This document shows positions 14,905 to 19,578 of a DNA stretch of 19,578 bases, piece after piece. The DNA is from Deltaproteobacteria bacterium. Its GTDB lineage: Bacteria > Myxococcota_A > Polyangia > Polyangiales > Houyiibacteriaceae. The notes below the pieces were generated by a model. That model ran no database searches and was not told where the DNA came from. It saw nothing but the letters and a program-made list of their open reading frames with translations. Both the position numbers and the translations under genes were made by a program. The stretch is from positions 1 through 19,578 of the forward strand of contig JAXMNT010000082.1 in assembly GCA_034670305.1 (NCBI GenBank). Reading direction: 5' to 3'. How positions within the stretch are numbered: position 1 is the stretch's first letter; each line of letters opens with the position of its first letter.

Positions 14905-15371
14905 GTCCGGTGTTCTTTCTCGCCTTCGAACGCGTCGAAGAGCCCGAGGTGCGCCGCTCGGCCGAGCGGACCTTCGCGGTCGGGGTACGCCGCGATCCAA
15001 TCGAGCAACATCGGGAGGTTCTCGTCCTGTGCTTCTTTGGACGGATACTTGTGCGGTTCCCACGGACGGGCGCGCGCGTGCGCCTGGCAAACGGCGACCG
15101 AGAGATCGAGAAAGATCATCGTCGCCGCGCGCGGCGCGATGAGCGCGACGAGATCCGCATAGCAGCCCTCCACCACCCACGCGGTGTGCGCCTCGAGAAA
15201 CGCGTCGATCGCCTGCTGCGCTTCGTGGAGCGGCGTGCGCGCCGGCGGATCGGTCGGCTGCCAAGCGAGCGGGTCGAGGTCCAAGTGCGCAAGCCCATGG
15301 GTGTGCGCGAGTTGTTTCGCCAGCGTGGACTTGCCAGCCCCCGAGTTCCCCAACACCACGACCCGTTTCAC
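14901..15371 (-). CDS. P-loop kinase of the adenylate-kinase/FlaR-like family (156 aa)
   Basis: RVVVLGNSGAGKSTLA Walker A, HLDLD, WVVEGCY, IFLDLS..C..HARARPWEPHKY. GTGA overlaps at both ends. Confidence 0.88.
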   Translation of the reverse strand: MKRVVVLGNSGAGKSTLAKQLAHTHGLAHLDLDPLAWQPTDPPARTPLHEAQQAIDAFLEAHTAWVVEGCYADLVALIAPRAATMIFLDLSVAVCQAHARARPWEPHKYPSKEAQDENLPMLLDWIAAYPDREGPLGRAAHLGLFDAFEGEKEHRT

Positions 15372-15787
15372 GACTCCGGTCCTTCTTCGTATTGAGGTGT
15401 GTCGCCTCCGATGTGATCCCACGGGGCGCGGGAACCCACGTAGATGTGGCGCTCGAGTTGGATCCCGGGGTCGCCGTCGATGGTGCCAAGCGTCACGCCG
15501 CGGACCACGCCTTCGTGGAGACCACACAAGGTCGAACCGCAGGTGCCGCAGAACCCGATCTCCCAACCGTTGCCGCTGGCGTATCGAGAGAGCGCGGCGG
15601 TGCCGGCCGTCCACTCGAAGCTGGCTTCGGCGAGAAACGCGAACGCCGAGCCGGCGCCGCTGAACACCTTGCGGCACTTCGAACAGTGACAACTCTGGGC
15701 CCCGACGAGCGGCGCGGAGATCCCGTATCGGAGTGCGCCACAGAAGCACCCGCCGGTGCGCTTCGTCGAGGTCGTGGGTTCGGCCAT
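15368..15787 (-). CDS. GFA / CENP-V family Zn-binding protein (139 aa)
   Basis: GGCFCGALRY, CHCSKCRK, FCGTCGS, HIYVGSRAPW. TAGCGT-N5-ATG start. Confidence 0.93.
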   Translation of the reverse strand: MAEPTTSTKRTGGCFCGALRYGISAPLVGAQSCHCSKCRKVFSGAGSAFAFLAEASFEWTAGTAALSRYASGNGWEIGFCGTCGSTLCGLHEGVVRGVTLGTIDGDPGIQLERHIYVGSRAPWDHIGGDTPQYEEGPES

Positions 15788-15915
15788 GGCCCACGCTATC
15801 TCAGAATGGCGTTCGCGCCGGTCAGAGGTGTTCCTCGTCCCAGAGCGGAGGAGCGCCCAGTTGCCGAGCGATCGAGATTGTCGGAACCTGGCGCCCGATG
15901 GGGTGTCGACCGGGC

Positions 15916-16839
15916 ATGTGGATGATTCAATGGTTGCCGTTTGTCCTGGCGTGCAGCGTGCTGGCGTGCGGCGTCCATGCGCCGGCGGTTCAAGATCCTC
16001 AGCAAGCCGATCCCGAGACCGAAGAGAACCCCGTCGTGGGGTCTGAGTCGGAGTCGGAGGCGGAGTCGGAGGCGGAACCGTACGCCGAAGTCGAAGCGCC
16101 TGCGGACCCGGCTGCGGACGCGTTGGCTCAAGCCGTCGTAGAGGCCGAGCGGGCCATCTCGGAAGCCCTCGAAGGTCGCACCGAGGTGTCGGCCGGCGCA
16201 CTCGAGCGTCTCTCCGCATGGGCACCCCATGGCAGCACACTGCAGGTGTTCGTCTACGAACAAGATCGGGACGGGCTCGGGCTCGGACGCGGATGCCGCG
16301 GCATCGAGGCTCGGGTCGAAGACGACGGGCTGCACCTCGCGGCCCGCGTGCGGCGCCGAGGCCGCGGCCGGTGCTTCGAAGAGGTGGTCCTGGACGATCA
16401 GCCGTGGAACGCCGGCCAGGTCTGCGAGGGACCGGGAGAAGGCTCCGCCATGGGCGAGTACCAGCCCTCGTCCTACCGCCTGGCGGACGCCACGGGTGAC
16501 CACGCCGTCTTTCAACAGAACGTCGAGGTGATGACGCTCCACTGCGCACCACGCTGGCAGGAGGTCGCGTGCGAAGGGGGACGCGGACTCTGCGCGACGA
16601 CCGCACTGGAAGCGCAAGCCGTGGTCGTCGCACCCAACCAGATGCGCGCCTTCGCGGCGTCCGAGCGTCCGTTCCAGCCCGACTGCGAAGCGGCCTGCCC
16701 GCCCGACCCATGTCCCGCCACGCTCGGCGCGGTGCGGCGCGCCGTCCGACCTCGCTATGTCGTGAACTCCGAAGAGCCGGTGCTCGGCGTGTTCCGCGAT
16801 CGGGCGGCCTGTCGCGCGTTCGGACGAGACCACCGCTAG
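15916..16839 (+). CDS. Hypothetical Cys-containing lipoprotein with an acidic linker (start 15916 or 15922)
   Basis: WLPFVLACSVLAC signal/lipobox, ESESEAESEAEP linker, multiple Cys in the mature part. Confidence 0.72.
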   Translation: MWMIQWLPFVLACSVLACGVHAPAVQDPQQADPETEENPVVGSESESEAESEAEPYAEVEAPADPAADALAQAVVEAERAISEALEGRTEVSAGALERLSAWAPHGSTLQVFVYEQDRDGLGLGRGCRGIEARVEDDGLHLAARVRRRGRGRCFEEVVLDDQPWNAGQVCEGPGEGSAMGEYQPSSYRLADATGDHAVFQQNVEVMTLHCAPRWQEVACEGGRGLCATTALEAQAVVVAPNQMRAFAASERPFQPDCEAACPPDPCPATLGAVRRAVRPRYVVNSEEPVLGVFRDRAACRAFGRDHR

Positions 16840-16901
16840 AGCCATCTCGAACCGTTGGTCGAGTTGCGCGGTTCGAGCTTCGCCGGGAGACTCGGCTCGA
16901 G

Positions 16902-18506
16902 ATGCGCACCACCCCGTCCACTGCCGTCCTCCAGGAGCGGCTGCGGCTCTTCGCCAAGGTGTGGGTGTTCATCTCGGCCTTCAGCGTCTTTCTCCGGTTC
17001 GTCACCATCTTCTTGCTTGGCCGCGGCTCGATGGATGTGCACCTGGCCACGCTCGCCCGACCTGCGTTCCTCACCCACGTCGCGAGCGTGGTGCCGCCCA
17101 TCGCGATGTGGCTGATGCTGCGCTGGCGCGTCGGATCGTCGGTCCAGCTGCGCGCGATCGAAACCGTCGGGGTGGTGCTCTCGGGGGGCACCCTGGCGCT
17201 GATGGCGCGTGGCCTCCCGGGCGAGATGCTCGCGATCACGGCAGCATGGGACTGGGGATCGAACCCAGACCTGCGCACCTACTTCGTCGACATCACGCAC
17301 GAACACTTCGTCGTCGTCGCTGCGTTCGCGTCCTCTGGGCTGCTCGTGCTGCGCGCGGCGCTGGTGCCGAGCACCGTGCGCTGGACGATCGCGATCAGCG
17401 GCGCGGTGCAGGTCGTCGTCGCGCTCGCCATGGCGTGGGGAGACGACCGCTCCAACCTGCTCGCGATCTCGAGCGGGGCGTACGGCGCGATGTCGATCGC
17501 CGTCGCCGCCGCCGTCTCCCACGTCATTCACGGACTGCGAGAAGCGGTCCGGACCGCACAGCAACTCGGCCAGTACACCCTCGACGAAAAGATCGGCGAA
17601 GGCGGCATGGGCGTCGTCTACCGCGCGCGCCACGCGATGTTGCGGCGGGAGACCGCGGTGAAACTCCTGCCGCCCGACCGCACCGCCAAGGAGACGCTGG
17701 CCCGATTCGAACGCGAGGTGCAGCTCACGGCACGCCTGAGCCACCCGCACACCATCACCATCTTCGACTACGGACGAACCCCCGACGGGGTCTTCTACTA
17801 CGCGATGGAGTTCGTCGACGGACTCACCTTGGAGCAGATCGTCGAGCTCGACGGACCGCAGCCGGTCCAACGCGTGGTGGCGCTCTTGCGTATGGTCGCC
17901 GGCGCGCTCGCCGAAGCACACTCGGTGGGTCTCATCCACCGCGACATCAAACCGGCCAACATTCTTCTCGGCCCGCTTGGCGGCCGACACGACGTTGCCA
18001 AGGTCGTCGACTTCGGGCTCGTCAAAGAAGTTCGAGGCGCGGGCGTCGACCTCTCCTCCGCGGACGTGGTGGTCGGGACGCCGAACTACCTTCCGCCCGA
18101 ATCGATCACCGCGCCGGACACTGTGGACGGGCGGAGCGACCTCTACTCGCTCGGTGCCACCGGCCACTTTCTTCTGACAGGCAAGCCGGTGTTCGCCGGC
18201 AAGACCGTCGTCGAGGTCTGTACCCACCACCTCCACACCGAAGCACCGCGGCTCGAGCTCGGGGAGAAGGGCGCCGCCTGTGCGGCCCTCTTGCACGCGT
18301 GCCTCGCCAAGGACCCGGCCGACCGACCGGCGAGCGCCGAGGCGCTGGAGGCGGCGCTCGTGGAGATCGCGCAGACGCTGCCCTGGACCGAAGCCGACGC
18401 GAAGGCGTGGTGGACCGAGCGCGCCGACGCGATTCGACAGAGCAAATCCGCGGCACCGTCGCCGAGCGGATCCCGCACGATCGCGGTCGACCTCGGGGGC
18501 CGATAG
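16902..18506 (+). CDS. Membrane Hanks-type Ser/Thr protein kinase (multi-TM N-terminus, C-terminal kinase domain; 534 aa)
   Basis: IGEGGMGVVY, AVKLL, RFERE, HRDIKPAN, DFGL, GTPNYLPPE, DLYSLG; about 6 N-terminal hydrophobic segments. Confidence 0.95.
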   Translation: MRTTPSTAVLQERLRLFAKVWVFISAFSVFLRFVTIFLLGRGSMDVHLATLARPAFLTHVASVVPPIAMWLMLRWRVGSSVQLRAIETVGVVLSGGTLALMARGLPGEMLAITAAWDWGSNPDLRTYFVDITHEHFVVVAAFASSGLLVLRAALVPSTVRWTIAISGAVQVVVALAMAWGDDRSNLLAISSGAYGAMSIAVAAAVSHVIHGLREAVRTAQQLGQYTLDEKIGEGGMGVVYRARHAMLRRETAVKLLPPDRTAKETLARFEREVQLTARLSHPHTITIFDYGRTPDGVFYYAMEFVDGLTLEQIVELDGPQPVQRVVALLRMVAGALAEAHSVGLIHRDIKPANILLGPLGGRHDVAKVVDFGLVKEVRGAGVDLSSADVVVGTPNYLPPESITAPDTVDGRSDLYSLGATGHFLLTGKPVFAGKTVVEVCTHHLHTEAPRLELGEKGAACAALLHACLAKDPADRPASAEALEAALVEIAQTLPWTEADAKAWWTERADAIRQSKSAAPSPSGSRTIAVDLGGR

Positions 18507-18540
18507 CGCTGGGGCAGGCTTCGTCGGCCCAGAGGAACCC

Positions 18541-18549
18541 TGCTACCCT
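18541..18549 (+). promoter_or_regulatory. Putative extended -10 element TGcTACCCT (leaderless promoter)
   Basis: TGn-TACCCT-N6-ATG(18556), no Shine-Dalgarno. Confidence 0.5.
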
Positions 18550-18555
18550 CGGGCC

Positions 18556-19458
18556 ATGCTTCGCGTCCTGCCGATCCTCGCCCTGGCGCTCACCGCGAGC
18601 CTCGCCTGCACGTCGGACGACGCCAGCTGCATGACGGTGCGCGACTGCGAGGGAACCGAGGTCTGCATCAACGGGCTCTGCCTCGAACCCGGCGAAGACG
18701 ACGCGGGCCGAGACGCGGGCTCCGAGGAAGACGCGTTCACGGGACGCGACGCACCGGCGATCGACGCCGGGACGGACGCGCCCACCTCTTGCCCGCCCGG
18801 CACGGTCGATCTCGATGGCAACCCCGACAACGGCTGCGAGTGTTCGATCGAGGCGGAGGCCTGCAACGGCCTCGACGACGACTGCGACGGCGGGGTCGAC
18901 GAAGCACTCGACGGTGGACCCTGTGCCTCCGATGCCCCCGGTGCGTGCGGCATGGGGACGACCCTTTGCCGGGAGGGGGCAGAAACGTGCACCGCAGGCA
19001 CGCCCCGCGTGGAAACCTGCGACTCCGTTGACGAGGACTGCGACGGCAGGGTGGACGAGGACTCACTCTGTGAGGACTGCAGGCGTGTCGCTGAACTCGA
19101 CGGCGTTCGGTACTCGGTGTGCGAGGGGCGCGCGTTGCGGGAAGAGGCGAGCGCGATCTGCACTGCGCTTGGCGGCAGCCTCCCGCTCATCGACAACGCG
19201 ACGACGCACGATGCGGTCGATACATTCGTAGACATGGAGCTCGGCGGGATCGCGTGGTGGGTCGGGGTGCGCGTCAACGCAGCGGGCGACTGGGCCTACG
19301 ACGATGGAACCCCCGCCTACCCATCGGATCCAGGGGCCTACGACGGGTGGGACGTTCCGCCCGACGGGGGAAGCCACGAGTGTGTGACGTCCGAGGAGGG
19401 CCGTGGCTGGAGAGACGTGCTCTGCGACCGGCCCTACAACGTGGTCTGTCAGCACTAG
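18556..19458 (+). CDS. Lipoprotein with MopE-type repeats and a C-terminal C-type lectin-like domain (300 aa)
   Basis: LTASLAC lipobox; EACNGLDDDCDGGVDE and ETCDSVDEDCDGRVDE. C-type lectin pattern A..IC..LGGSL..I, WWVGV, W..DGT, ECV, WRDVLC....VVCQ. Confidence 0.88.
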   Translation: MLRVLPILALALTASLACTSDDASCMTVRDCEGTEVCINGLCLEPGEDDAGRDAGSEEDAFTGRDAPAIDAGTDAPTSCPPGTVDLDGNPDNGCECSIEAEACNGLDDDCDGGVDEALDGGPCASDAPGACGMGTTLCREGAETCTAGTPRVETCDSVDEDCDGRVDEDSLCEDCRRVAELDGVRYSVCEGRALREEASAICTALGGSLPLIDNATTHDAVDTFVDMELGGIAWWVGVRVNAAGDWAYDDGTPAYPSDPGAYDGWDVPPDGGSHECVTSEEGRGWRDVLCDRPYNVVCQH

Positions 19459-19578
19459 CAGGTCGCTGAAAAGCGACCTGCTCCCTTGCCGTTGCCCTTG
19501 CCCGTGCCCTTGCCCGCGTCGTGGACGCCGTGTGTTTCGCGACGGCGAGGCGCGAATCGGAGCGCGATGCCCAGCGGA
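19455..19578. repeat. Right copy of the 124-bp repeat (putative MITE/REP-like element end), inverted relative to 2-125
   Basis: Begins CTAGCAGGTCGCTGAAAAGCGACCTGCT and is the exact reverse complement of 2-125. Its CTAG supplies the stop codon of the lectin gene. Confidence 0.9.

Overview
GC-rich bacterial DNA. The gene repertoire (Cys/Asp-rich MopE-repeat lipoproteins, a DUF1592/DUF1588 protein, a membrane Ser/Thr kinase, a C-type lectin lipoprotein) suggests Myxococcota, probably Polyangiales/Sandaracinaceae-like (inference). There are about 19 genes, many of them lipoproteins. They include a stand-alone SIR2-like (SIR2_2) NADase candidate, a MoaD/ThiS ubiquitin-like protein paired with a BNR beta-propeller, and a GTGA-coupled operon of GFA, P-loop kinase and NAD epimerase. 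The non-coding structure is notable. (i) The two window ends are a perfect 124-bp inverted repeat bounded by CTAG, with a GAAA hairpin and a G-quadruplex-like hexamer run; this is probably a MITE/REP-like element at which the contig broke. (ii) One 21-bp tandem repeat family occurs at two separate loci. (iii) There is a ~220-bp intergenic hexamer microsatellite. (iv) A TAnnnT-N5-7-ATG motif recurs, implying leaderless transcription. (v) One clear and one probable frameshifted gene. No rRNA, tRNA, CRISPR array, transposase or integrase was found. All family assignments come from motif recognition by eye, not from searches.
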